Positions 32,562 through 40,341 are shown, numbered from the stretch's first letter. The stretch: DNA of 64,000 nucleotides from a virus (IMGVR_UViG_3300012933_000388:1-64000); one strand, 5' to 3'. Notes: generated by a model from the letters alone, not told the origin. Made by a program: numbers and translations.

Positions 32562-32590
32562 TTGACCATTTTGGAATTTGGACTTATAAT
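32562..32590 (+). promoter_or_regulatory. early promoter cassette
   Basis: TTGACC-N17-TATAAT, then agagtcatactaaggagagaacgATG, identical to the leader at 33607-33632. Confidence 0.7.
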
Positions 32591-32613
32591 AGAGTCATAC
32601 TAAGGAGAGAACG

Positions 32614-32760
32614 ATGAATGATTCGATTTTGATGTTTGTGGCACAACGCACGATGCCTAACCAAGTAGCAGCAATCATGGCAAAGACTGAATTGTCATTG
32701 CGTGAGCAGACTACACAATCAGTTAAGCACGAAGCCAAACTCCCAGAGGTGACAGAATAA
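32614..32760 (+). CDS. small hypothetical protein (48 aa)
   Basis: TAAGGAGAG SD. Stop overlaps the next ATG (TAATG). Confidence 0.4.
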   Translation: MNDSILMFVAQRTMPNQVAAIMAKTELSLREQTTQSVKHEAKLPEVTE

Positions 32761-33020
32761 TGTTCAAAACTCAAAGCTCAAGCAAGCCACGTCTGGCAAA
32801 CGACACACTCGGTAACGATGCTCTGACCGCATTGTACGATGCATTCAAGACGATGGACCGTGATTCGTTCCACATCTTCGCTGAGGGGGTAGTCATGGCT
32901 GGAGGTGGAAAACAACCTGTGAAACTGGCAATCTGCGAATCGATGGTAGGCGCTACCAAGGAAAAGATTCTTACGAAAGCACAGAACTTCATCCTCGCTG
33001 GGATGGGATTAGGAGTCTAA
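32760..33020 (+). CDS. hypothetical early protein
   Basis: Coupled to the upstream small ORF. Confidence 0.55.
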   Translation: MFKTQSSSKPRLANDTLGNDALTALYDAFKTMDRDSFHIFAEGVVMAGGGKQPVKLAICESMVGATKEKILTKAQNFILAGMGLGV

Positions 33021-33038
33021 ATCAGAACAAATAAACTG

Positions 33039-33066
33039 TTGACCTTATTCCAAATCTGTGTATAAT
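33039..33066 (+). promoter_or_regulatory. early promoter cassette
   Basis: TTGACC-N16-TATAAT. Confidence 0.55.
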
Positions 33067-33091
33067 TGGTTGTACTGAACAAGGAAACGAA

Positions 33092-33496
33092 ATGGCAAAC
33101 AACGAACACTCAGAATATTTGGACCGTAAACTGGCTCACTACAATGTGTGGCTACTTGACCCTAAACGTGAATTCGGCGTCCCATACAAGGGATTCCCAG
33201 AAGATTTAATTAAGACCAAAGGAAAGAAAATGCAATCAAACGTAATCGCTGATATGACTCAAGTGTTGTCTGGTACTAAGGCTCCTGTGGCCGCATCTAA
33301 GGCTAAAGCCGTCAAAGCTAAGACTGCTAAGAAGTCTGACGGTCCTCGTGCAGGTTCCAAAGGCGATATGGCCTTGGCAATCTACAAGCGTCTGAATGGC
33401 GACAAGACATCTGTGATCTCTGCAATCCAAACTGAGATCGGTATGTCTGCTGCTGGTGCGACGACTTACTTCTACAATGCTAAGAAGTTGGCCTAA
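33092..33496 (+). CDS. hypothetical basic early protein
   Basis: AAGGAAA SD. Lys/Ala-rich centre. Confidence 0.6.
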   Translation: MANNEHSEYLDRKLAHYNVWLLDPKREFGVPYKGFPEDLIKTKGKKMQSNVIADMTQVLSGTKAPVAASKAKAVKAKTAKKSDGPRAGSKGDMALAIYKRLNGDKTSVISAIQTEIGMSAAGATTYFYNAKKLA

Positions 33497-33524
33497 TTAG
33501 CCACTTTAAAAGGTTTCTCCTTTT

Positions 33525-33548
33525 AGCCCGCCTTGCGCGGGCTTTTTT
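33525..33548 (+). terminator. rho-independent terminator
   Basis: GCCCGC-cttgc-GCGGGC followed by tttttt. Confidence 0.75.
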
Positions 33549-33577
33549 ATTGTCCTTCAACTTTGTATGGTTATTGG

Positions 33578-33606
33578 TTGACCAAATTCCAAATTGGACT
33601 TATAAT
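33578..33606 (+). promoter_or_regulatory. early promoter cassette
   Basis: cttcaactttgtatggttattgg-TTGACC-N17-TATAAT-AGAGTCA. Confidence 0.7.
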
Positions 33607-33629
33607 AGAGTCATACTAAGGAGAGAACG

Positions 33630-33836
33630 ATGAACAAGTTTGAGTTTGAGGCTACTGCGACAGACGTAGTGACAAAGAATTTCGAGATCGATGCTGACTT
33701 CTACGCTGGTTCGATGTTTGTGACATGCTCATCAGCTGTTGCAGCAAGAATCGAGACTCTGTTGATCGAAGCTTTGAAGTGTGGTGTGATCGTCAGCAAA
33801 GTTGGTCCTGAATACGCTTTCGACTTCACAGTATGA
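33630..33836 (+). CDS. hypothetical early protein
   Basis: TAAGGAGAG SD. Confidence 0.6.
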   Translation: MNKFEFEATATDVVTKNFEIDADFYAGSMFVTCSSAVAARIETLLIEALKCGVIVSKVGPEYAFDFTV

Positions 33837-33958
33837 AATACATCTTAATCACGAACACAGGTAAGGTGTTCACGTTTTATCTCAAAGCTGTTGCAGAGAC
33901 TTACCAACAAGCATACGGCGGCACAATCATCAACGAACAACAAAAGGAACTAGCATGA
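33833..33958 (+). CDS. very small hypothetical protein (41 aa)
   Basis: ATGA overlaps at both ends. Confidence 0.35.
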   Translation: MKYILITNTGKVFTFYLKAVAETYQQAYGGTIINEQQKELA

Positions 33959-34140
33959 GTACGAATTCAAATTACATCGATGCGCAATTGTTTACGGTAG
34001 CTCCGCTGCCATTGGAAGAAGCAAACTATCCATATGGCTTCGATGTGCAAATCAGTCAGCAAGGCCGGAAGACGAATCACTTGCGAATCACGGCTGAGCA
34101 AATGCGTAAGATTGAGAATGTTTTAAGGGGTATCGAATGA
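33955..34140 (+). CDS. hypothetical early protein
   Basis: ATGA overlap. Confidence 0.5.
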   Translation: MSTNSNYIDAQLFTVAPLPLEEANYPYGFDVQISQQGRKTNHLRITAEQMRKIENVLRGIE

Positions 34141-34334
34141 TAGTAACAGATGTGACGTTTACCGTAATGCCTGACCAAGACTACTGCTACGAAGTGTGTG
34201 CAGGTGAATTGCTGTCCCTCACATACAAAGAGAATGCAGGCCAAGAGATTTACATCGGATTTGGTTCAGTTGGAGAGATGCAAGCAGTCGCTAAGGCAAT
34301 GTTGAAAGCGTGTGAAGTGAAGGAATCGGTATGA
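34137..34334 (+). CDS. hypothetical early protein
   Basis: ATGA overlap. Confidence 0.5.
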   Translation: MIVTDVTFTVMPDQDYCYEVCAGELLSLTYKENAGQEIYIGFGSVGEMQAVAKAMLKACEVKESV

Positions 34335-34558
34335 AAATGAATGACGTATTGCAGTGGGTTGGTTGTCTGTTCTTGATTGGTGGTCACTCACTCAATGCGC
34401 GCGGCCCGGAGGTACATCCATGGAATATCGTCGCTTTCACGCTTGGCACTTTGATGTTCCTTATCTGGACGATTCGTGTCCGTAATGCTCCTCAGATGAC
34501 CGTCAATGCAGTATCAATAACCTTATGCGTTGTAGGCTTATTAAAGGCTGTTGGTTGA
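34331..34558 (+). CDS. membrane protein
   Basis: ATGA overlap. Three hydrophobic helices. Its stop TGA lies inside the next -35 hexamer. Confidence 0.55.
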   Translation: MKMNDVLQWVGCLFLIGGHSLNARGPEVHPWNIVAFTLGTLMFLIWTIRVRNAPQMTVNAVSITLCVVGLLKAVG

Positions 34559-34583
34559 CCAACTTTCCTTTTGGACTTATAAT
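34555..34583 (+). promoter_or_regulatory. early promoter cassette
   Basis: TTGACC-N17-TATAAT-AGAGTCAACAAACAAAGGAA. Confidence 0.7.
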
Positions 34584-34607
34584 AGAGTCAACAAACAAAG
34601 GAATGAT

Positions 34608-34709
34608 ATGAACACCGATCTCAAAGTAATCCTAACAGCATGTGCAGCAGTTGTGTTGGTCTTCTCACCAGCGATTGCTACTGCTGTTTGGTTCATTGCT
34701 ACTCACTAA
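34608..34709 (+). CDS. very small membrane protein (33 aa)
   Basis: AAAGGAA SD. VILTACAAVVLVFSPAIATAVWFIA. Confidence 0.35.
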   Translation: MNTDLKVILTACAAVVLVFSPAIATAVWFIATH

Positions 34710-34719
34710 GGAGCAGAGC

Positions 34720-34908
34720 ATGTATATTGAGATGACAACATACGCGATCCCAACATTCCTAATCAAGCTGATCACTGTGATTGCAGCAGCACTTGTAGTT
34801 TGGTTTGTGTTGGTTATTCTGGGCACGGCTTTGTACAGCTACATGACAGCACGTGCGATTGAGAAACAAATGAAAATCGATGCAGAGATCGATCGTCTCC
34901 ACAAGTAA
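34720..34908 (+). CDS. small membrane protein (62 aa)
   Basis: AAGGAG SD then ATG 34720. The ORF-track start 34642 was rejected. Confidence 0.5.
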   Translation: MYIEMTTYAIPTFLIKLITVIAAALVVWFVLVILGTALYSYMTARAIEKQMKIDAEIDRLHK

Positions 34909-34917
34909 GGAAGCAAC

Positions 34918-35190
34918 ATGATTGTCACTACAGGTCTCCCACTAGGTATGGAATTCGATTGGGAAGGCAACCCACGCTACCAAAAGAGCTGGTACCAGGT
35001 GTTCGAATGTACAGACGCTGATGATAAGTGGAGCTACGGACACACCAAAGTCCTGTTTGAAAGCGCTAACCTAGCATTGGCACACACCTATGCATACAAC
35101 GCGTGGCTTGAAGATGAGACTAGGATCTACACTATCATTCAGGCGTGCGATGAATCGTGTCGTGGTGGCTACGGATTCGCAGAAGAATAA
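34918..35190 (+). CDS. hypothetical early protein
   Basis: AAGGAAG SD. Confidence 0.55.
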   Translation: MIVTTGLPLGMEFDWEGNPRYQKSWYQVFECTDADDKWSYGHTKVLFESANLALAHTYAYNAWLEDETRIYTIIQACDESCRGGYGFAEE

Positions 35191-35214
35191 CCTTCAAGTT
35201 TGTATGGATATCAG

Positions 35215-35243
35215 TTGTCCAAAGTCCAAATTGGACAGATAAT
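35215..35243 (+). promoter_or_regulatory. early promoter cassette
   Basis: TTGTCC-N17-GATAAT-TGAGTCAACAAACAAAGGAA. Dyad GTCCAA/TTGGAC. Confidence 0.65.
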
Positions 35244-35269
35244 TGAGTCAACAAACAAAGGAAAGCAAC

Positions 35270-35545
35270 ATGCGTAATCCACTAGACTTCATTCCACACT
35301 TGATCCTGGGTTGTATCATTGCAGGACCATTGCTGTTGTTGGTCTGTGCGATCGATCATGCAATTGGTACAGACAAGGTGTTGAATACGTGGACGGGCAC
35401 TAAGAGCGTATGTTCACGTCAGCAATACAACTACAGCCTGAAGGTCACTCAATGCAAGGAATATAAGTCTGTTCCTGCTGCTTGCAAGAAGGTTGAGCAC
35501 ACTGGTCCGATCTTTGGTACATTCATTAACGATCGTTGCGAATAA
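35270..35545 (+). CDS. membrane-anchored/secreted Cys-containing protein
   Basis: AAAGGAAAG SD then ATG 35270. N-terminal TM LILGCIIAGPLLLLVCAI. Confidence 0.5.
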   Translation: MRNPLDFIPHLILGCIIAGPLLLLVCAIDHAIGTDKVLNTWTGTKSVCSRQQYNYSLKVTQCKEYKSVPAACKKVEHTGPIFGTFINDRCE

Positions 35546-35555
35546 GGAGAGAATC

Positions 35556-35825
35556 ATGGACAAGTCACAAGGTTACCCAGACATCCCCGGTGCAGCAGAA
35601 TACTACTGCGAAGTGATCAAGCCAAGCGAGATGGTCACTAAGGCATTTGAAGTGATCGAGATGCAATTCTTCACTGCATATGGTGGCTGCACTCGTGGAT
35701 ACTCCTCAGAGCGTAAGGTTGCTGAGGCCTCTACCAAAGAGGTCGCTGAACAGATCGCTAAGAAGTGGTCTGCCGATCGTGGCATTGCCGCACCGTTCTA
35801 TTACTACACAAAGGAAGCGAAATGA
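35556..35825 (+). CDS. hypothetical early protein
   Basis: AAGGAGAG SD then ATG 35556. Confidence 0.55.
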   Translation: MDKSQGYPDIPGAAEYYCEVIKPSEMVTKAFEVIEMQFFTAYGGCTRGYSSERKVAEASTKEVAEQIAKKWSADRGIAAPFYYYTKEAK

Positions 35826-36052
35826 AGCTGACTAGTAAAAAGGATTTCACGGCCAATCACACTGACTACTACACTGTGTTTGATGATGGTGTTGAGATTG
35901 GGTTCTATTCACGTCGACGTAGCGCAGATCCGGTAGAGTTTGCGTTCTTCTTTGACTGTGACAGTATTGTATACGATAGTCCTACTTTTGCTAGCAAGAA
36001 GGAATTGTTTGATCATCTGAATACCCTTCAACTTTGTATGGTTGCTCGTTGA
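35822..36052 (+). CDS. hypothetical early protein
   Basis: ATGA overlap. Its stop TGA lies inside the next -35 hexamer. Confidence 0.5.
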   Translation: MKLTSKKDFTANHTDYYTVFDDGVEIGFYSRRRSADPVEFAFFFDCDSIVYDSPTFASKKELFDHLNTLQLCMVAR

Positions 36053-36077
36053 CCAACTTGGAATTTGGTCTTATAAT
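36049..36077 (+). promoter_or_regulatory. early promoter cassette
   Basis: cttcaactttgtatgg...TTGACC-N17-TATAAT-TGAGTCAACAAACAAAGGAACACTCAAATG. The leader is identical to that at 36773-36802. Confidence 0.7.
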
Positions 36078-36104
36078 TGAGTCAACAAACAAAGGAACAC
36101 TCAA

Positions 36105-36494
36105 ATGTACAGCTTCTATCCAACAGCTCCAATTCCAGTCGATCACACAGGTCTGTTCATCGTAGGCATGGTATGTGCTACATGGCTGGTCGTCTGCTTG
36201 ATGAATTGTGCAGAAGAGTTCTTTGTCAACTTCTTCTTCGTGGCAATCGTCATGGCTATCGGCTATGGTGTTAGCTTCCACTGGACAAGCCAAGAAGTGA
36301 AGACATTCAAGAATGAGAAGGTCACTGCTGAATTCGTTAGCTTTCAACCAGAAGGTTATCGCGAGAAAAGCGGTAAGTCAATGGTCGACAAACACTACAT
36401 GTACGTTGTATACTCAGTGAACGGCGATCCAGTAATCTTGCAAGGTCAGCCTGGCCAGACATATCCACAAACAGTAATCCTCTACAAGAACTAA
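36105..36494 (+). CDS. membrane protein
   Basis: Two N-terminal TM helices. Confidence 0.6.
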   Translation: MYSFYPTAPIPVDHTGLFIVGMVCATWLVVCLMNCAEEFFVNFFFVAIVMAIGYGVSFHWTSQEVKTFKNEKVTAEFVSFQPEGYREKSGKSMVDKHYMYVVYSVNGDPVILQGQPGQTYPQTVILYKN

Positions 36495-36503
36495 GGAGTT
36501 AAT

Positions 36504-36740
36504 ATGAGTCACGAAGGTTATGATACAGCTCACGAAGCAATCAAGGCCGCTATTGAAGCGGGTGGTGTAGACGAGTTTGAGGGGATGAATTGCAACGATT
36601 ACACATTTGATGATGAGACGTCAGAATGCGCTGGTTGGGACGGAGTAGATCGACGTTGTGACTGTGGCAATCGACGTGTTAGTTGGGAAACAGGTCAGTA
36701 TGATAACGGTAAATTCTATGCGTACGCTGTAGCATATTAA
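36504..36740 (+). CDS. hypothetical protein (CxGWDG...RCDCGNRRVSW motif)
   Basis: TAAGGAG SD. Confidence 0.55.
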   Translation: MSHEGYDTAHEAIKAAIEAGGVDEFEGMNCNDYTFDDETSECAGWDGVDRRCDCGNRRVSWETGQYDNGKFYAYAVAY

Positions 36741-36743
36741 CCG

Positions 36744-36772
36744 TTGTCCAAATTCCAAATTGGTCTTATAAT
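36744..36772 (+). promoter_or_regulatory. early promoter cassette
   Basis: TTGTCC-N17-TATAAT-TGAGTCAACAAACAAAGGAACACTCAAATG. Confidence 0.7.
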
Positions 36773-36799
36773 TGAGTCAACAAACAAAGGAACACTCAA

Positions 36800-37180
36800 A
36801 TGGAATTCGTAATCAAAGCCTCTGCTAAGCAACTCAAGTGTATCGCTACTGACCTCGTCGACAACCTCCTTGGGGAGTGGGATGAGGAGATCAGTCGCTT
36901 TGCTGGTGTCTATCATGCTGAGCTGGTTGAGGGAATCCTGGAAAGCTATGAATTCTCCAAGTATGTTGAAAAGAAGATAATGGCACATGGTCCAGACTTC
37001 CTCGACTATCCATTCGACTACGACAACTACATGACTGAGCTGAATGCAATTAATAAGCATATTGATGTGTTCTGTGATATTTGGTGTGAGGCTGAGCATT
37101 CAGACCGTAATGCGGTCAATCAAGAGACTCTCAATGCTGCACTGCACATTGTGCGGAAGGCTGGTTATCAGGTAATCTAA
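36800..37180 (+). CDS. hypothetical acidic early protein
   Basis: Single ORF between cassettes. Confidence 0.6.
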   Translation: MEFVIKASAKQLKCIATDLVDNLLGEWDEEISRFAGVYHAELVEGILESYEFSKYVEKKIMAHGPDFLDYPFDYDNYMTELNAINKHIDVFCDIWCEAEHSDRNAVNQETLNAALHIVRKAGYQVI

Positions 37181-37189
37181 AGTGCTACG

Positions 37190-37217
37190 TTGACCAAAGT
37201 CCAAAACGGTGTATAAT
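37190..37217 (+). promoter_or_regulatory. early promoter cassette
   Basis: TTGACC-N16-TATAAT. Confidence 0.55.
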
Positions 37218-37241
37218 TGGACACATCAACCGGAGAATACA

Positions 37242-37445
37242 ATGAAAATCGAATCCATGTTTTACATCGCTTTAGGTACAGTAGTCGATGAGATTGAGAA
37301 GGCAGATTCCTACAAAGGGTTTGTCGAGTTGGCGGAAACAACAGATGAAGCCAACCGCTATGCTCGACGTGCTCTGAAGTACAAGGCTAAGGCAATCGTT
37401 GGTTTTGATCGTGAAATGGACCGTCTGGTAAAGGAATACAAATGA
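37242..37445 (+). CDS. hypothetical protein
   Basis: CCGGAGAA SD then ATG 37242. Confidence 0.5.
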   Translation: MKIESMFYIALGTVVDEIEKADSYKGFVELAETTDEANRYARRALKYKAKAIVGFDREMDRLVKEYK

Positions 37446-37909
37446 AACGCGGCGAAATGTTAGACAAGATGCTATTGATTGTGACGAACGCTCACCATGG
37501 TCAATTCGACAAAGGCGGAAGCCCATATATCCTCCACCCACTAAAGGTCATGCATTATCTGAAGACGGATGATGAAGAGCTGATGTGCATGGCACTAGGG
37601 CACGACGTAATTGAGGACACTAAGACGACTTATGCTGAATTGCGGGAAGCAGGGATCTCTGAGCGTGTAATCAGTGCAATCAAATGCCTGACAAAGCAGC
37701 CAGGCCAGACTCTGGAAGAATATAAGGACGTGATCTTCAGCAACACAGATGCAATGCGTGTTAAGATGGCCGACTTACGTCACAACTCAGACATCCGTCG
37801 TCTGAAGGGCGTCACAGAGAAGGACCTCGCACGTATGGCAAAGTACCATATGTTCTATCTGGAAATCAAGGCCAGATTAGAGTTGCCTATTGAACATAGG
37901 TCAGTATAA
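37442..37909 (+). CDS. HD-domain (p)ppGpp hydrolase-like protein (small alarmone hydrolase / SpoT-Mesh1 type)
   Basis: AHHGQFDKGGSPYILHPLKV and LGHDVIEDT motifs of the RelA/SpoT HD hydrolase domain. Confidence 0.7.
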   Translation: MKRGEMLDKMLLIVTNAHHGQFDKGGSPYILHPLKVMHYLKTDDEELMCMALGHDVIEDTKTTYAELREAGISERVISAIKCLTKQPGQTLEEYKDVIFSNTDAMRVKMADLRHNSDIRRLKGVTEKDLARMAKYHMFYLEIKARLELPIEHRSV

Positions 37910-37933
37910 TAAGCTTTTTACAAAGGACAGATA

Positions 37934-38155
37934 ATGGCACAGTCAAATAACCCCATCCCCTATACGGGCGTCTTCCACACACCAGCGAATAGCACTGAGC
38001 TGATGGAGTGGATCACACAACACACAGGCCCTGAGCGTAGCATTGCTATGACTGCAGCGTGCATGGCATTCAACCTGGCATATACGCTCGTGGAAGAGAC
38101 CTATGACACGTCTGTGTCCAAACCAGCAAACTACGCTGACGGCACAATGGCATAA
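37934..38155 (+). CDS. hypothetical protein
   Basis: AAAGGACAG SD. Confidence 0.5.
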   Translation: MAQSNNPIPYTGVFHTPANSTELMEWITQHTGPERSIAMTAACMAFNLAYTLVEETYDTSVSKPANYADGTMA

Positions 38156-38335
38156 GCGCTCAGAAAAAGCGCATGGGGGGGTATTTCAGTCTGAGATATC
38201 CCCCAGTGGGTGGCGTATAATAAGGTCCGGAAGAATTCCTGTTGTATACCTTTTTCCAAACCGGATTTGTATAAAACCGAATCGTAAAATTTTTTTGCGG
38301 AAAAACTGACCTAAAAAAGGTCGATAGGAGTTATT

Positions 38336-38548
38336 ATGGTAGAGCAATGTAGAGTGATGTGGTTTGCGAACGAGCCTCAGGATCGTCCTATTCGCAATGG
38401 TGGTACTATTGTTAATGGGCGGATATACACAACTGGTCGTGTTGATTTGACTGATTGTTTATTCCTGGGGGTTGTTGATGTTGAGATCTCGGATGGAATC
38501 AGTGCGATGGATGTATATGTTGGACCTACTGTGGAGCGTGTAAGATGA
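38336..38548 (+). CDS. hypothetical protein
   Basis: TAGGAG SD. Confidence 0.5.
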   Translation: MVEQCRVMWFANEPQDRPIRNGGTIVNGRIYTTGRVDLTDCLFLGVVDVEISDGISAMDVYVGPTVERVR

Positions 38549-38733
38549 AAATCGAAGTTCAAGCTGGTTTAATCACTGCTGGCATTATTGTAGCCGCTGG
38601 CTCACTCGCTACACTAATTGTGTTTATCCCTGAGGTAATCGCTAGTATTGCTGTTGGTGTAATTGCGTCCGTTATCGTCTATCATCTGTACAAGTCTGTA
38701 TTGCATGATTTGCGTGCACGCGATTGGGAATAA
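38545..38733 (+). CDS. membrane protein
   Basis: ATGA overlap. Two TM helices. Confidence 0.5.
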   Translation: MKIEVQAGLITAGIIVAAGSLATLIVFIPEVIASIAVGVIASVIVYHLYKSVLHDLRARDWE

Positions 38734-38793
38734 CACCTATAGCGGTGTATCCACTGCACAATTACACCAGATCTTCCCCACATATCGGTGCTA

Positions 38794-39480
38794 TTATAAT
38801 TCTCCGAATAGTGCGGCCGCCATTTCGTGTGTCTCTATGATTTCTAGCGTTGGGTGATATTCATGGATCGCCATAATCGTGTCAGCATCCCACATATTCC
38901 TAACAGCAATATATGGAACATTCATGCATGCTGCTATATGAGTCCATCCACCCTCTATTCCCACAACATATCTGGATCTAGACATAATATCGACTGACTG
39001 TTGTACTGTTAGTGGTAGACCGAGGATTGGATATAGCTGTGGATTGGACTGTGCTATTTGGTTTATCCTCCTGAGGGCGTGAGAATTAAAAAACTTCCTT
39101 ATTGAATCTGACCCATGCCCCCTATACATCTTGTGTGTAAGGTATAATGCTATTGGCCCGTCTGTATTCGGAATCCATTGTGTCTTGAATGGGTGATATT
39201 TGTGCGGGAGTGTTAGTGATGTTTCCAGCCTGATCAGATCATCTGTATTTTCTCTAATATCAATTAGCTGCTGGCGGTCATGTAGCCTAACCTCATATGT
39301 GTATTGATACTGAGGTTGTTGGAATAGCGGGATCAGCTGATCTATCGTATGATCTATAGGCCTTGCTCGGCTATAGTGGAATATTAGATGCGTCGGTTCT
39401 GTTAATGTGGATAACGCATATGATATCGTTCTGACCAAATCACCAAATCCCGTCATTCCGGATATGTGTTGTATTTTCAT
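38794..39480 (-). CDS. glycosyltransferase family 9 (heptosyltransferase)-like protein
   Basis: C-terminal YVVGIEGGWTHIAACMNVPYIAV resembles the GT9 xGxDSGxxHLAAAxGxPxV motif. Isolated minus-strand gene. Confidence 0.4.
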   Translation of the reverse strand: MKIQHISGMTGFGDLVRTISYALSTLTEPTHLIFHYSRARPIDHTIDQLIPLFQQPQYQYTYEVRLHDRQQLIDIRENTDDLIRLETSLTLPHKYHPFKTQWIPNTDGPIALYLTHKMYRGHGSDSIRKFFNSHALRRINQIAQSNPQLYPILGLPLTVQQSVDIMSRSRYVVGIEGGWTHIAACMNVPYIAVRNMWDADTIMAIHEYHPTLEIIETHEMAAALFGEL

Positions 39481-39502
39481 TAGTTTATTTAGAGTAGGAG
39501 CG

Positions 39503-39531
39503 TTGACCCAAACACTAACTCCGTGTATAGT
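39503..39531 (+). promoter_or_regulatory. sigma70-type promoter
   Basis: TTGACC-N17-TATAGT in the divergent intergenic region. Confidence 0.5.
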
Positions 39532-39569
39532 CAGCCTTGTTGCTGTCAGATACTATTAGAAAGACTAAA

Positions 39570-40004
39570 ATGAAGACATGGGATAATATGTTCGAAGGCC
39601 CTCATACGTTTGATCCTGAGACTCAATTCTATACAAGAGACCGTAGTTTGAATCGTCAGGACTATGCTATGGAAGCAAGGGTTCCTCCTGCATCTATTCG
39701 GTTTAATGTAGAAGAGAATCTACAAGGTGAGATGCGAGCTCGGATTGTTCATCACGTATACCAAGAACAAGTTGGTGTATATTACTACTCTGTACAATGG
39801 CCTGATACATGGGTAGATCACTTTAAACAAGATGTTGTCACTAAATGGGGTAGGTTAGGTGAATGGTTGTTGGACCGCTACCCTATCCAGTATAATAGCA
39901 AGACAGTACAGCTGGACGTACAGGCAATGTATCCAGACTTTGTACCTATCAATGGCTATGGCCAGGTCAATTATATTGTTCGAGAAATGACAAGGAAGAA
40001 GTGA
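39570..40004 (+). CDS. hypothetical protein
   Basis: First ATG downstream of the promoter. Start is uncertain. Confidence 0.5.
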   Translation: MKTWDNMFEGPHTFDPETQFYTRDRSLNRQDYAMEARVPPASIRFNVEENLQGEMRARIVHHVYQEQVGVYYYSVQWPDTWVDHFKQDVVTKWGRLGEWLLDRYPIQYNSKTVQLDVQAMYPDFVPINGYGQVNYIVREMTRKK

Positions 40005-40204
40005 TGAGTTCAGATAAGATCCGCGAAGCTTACATCAAAGCATGCCAGGCGTTCCGTAATCGCCCGGCAATGTATGCACAGGTAAAAATGGACCTTAACG
40101 CTGCTAAGGCACGTGGCGAGATCTCTGAGACCGACTATAAGATCGTCGAACAAATCCATAAGTCATTCGGCATTATCGATACCAAGAGCTCAATCAAGGT
40201 ATAA
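40001..40204 (+). CDS. hypothetical protein
   Basis: GTGATG overlap. Confidence 0.5.
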   Translation: MMSSDKIREAYIKACQAFRNRPAMYAQVKMDLNAAKARGEISETDYKIVEQIHKSFGIIDTKSSIKV

Positions 40205-40206
40205 CA

Positions 40207-40341
40207 ATGGCTCAGAAGCTTTCTGAAATGTCATTCGCAGACTTCATCGATAACCCATGGACATACTGTATCGGCTTGGCCGTTTTCTGTGGAATCTGCT
40301 TCGTAACCGCGCTACTAATCTCAATGGTAATCTGGAAATGA
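40207..40341 (+). CDS. small membrane protein (44 aa)
   Basis: ATG lies 2 nt after the upstream stop. TM YCIGLAVFCGICFVTALLISMVIW. Confidence 0.4.
   Translation: MAQKLSEMSFADFIDNPWTYCIGLAVFCGICFVTALLISMVIWK

Noticed and set aside
28500-37250. The regularly spaced ~30-70 bp repeats could be taken for a CRISPR array.
   Set aside because: The repeats are sigma70 promoter modules (TTGACC-N17-TATAAT) with variable sequence. The 'spacers' are 250-1000 bp and contain SD-preceded ORFs. There are no cas genes.
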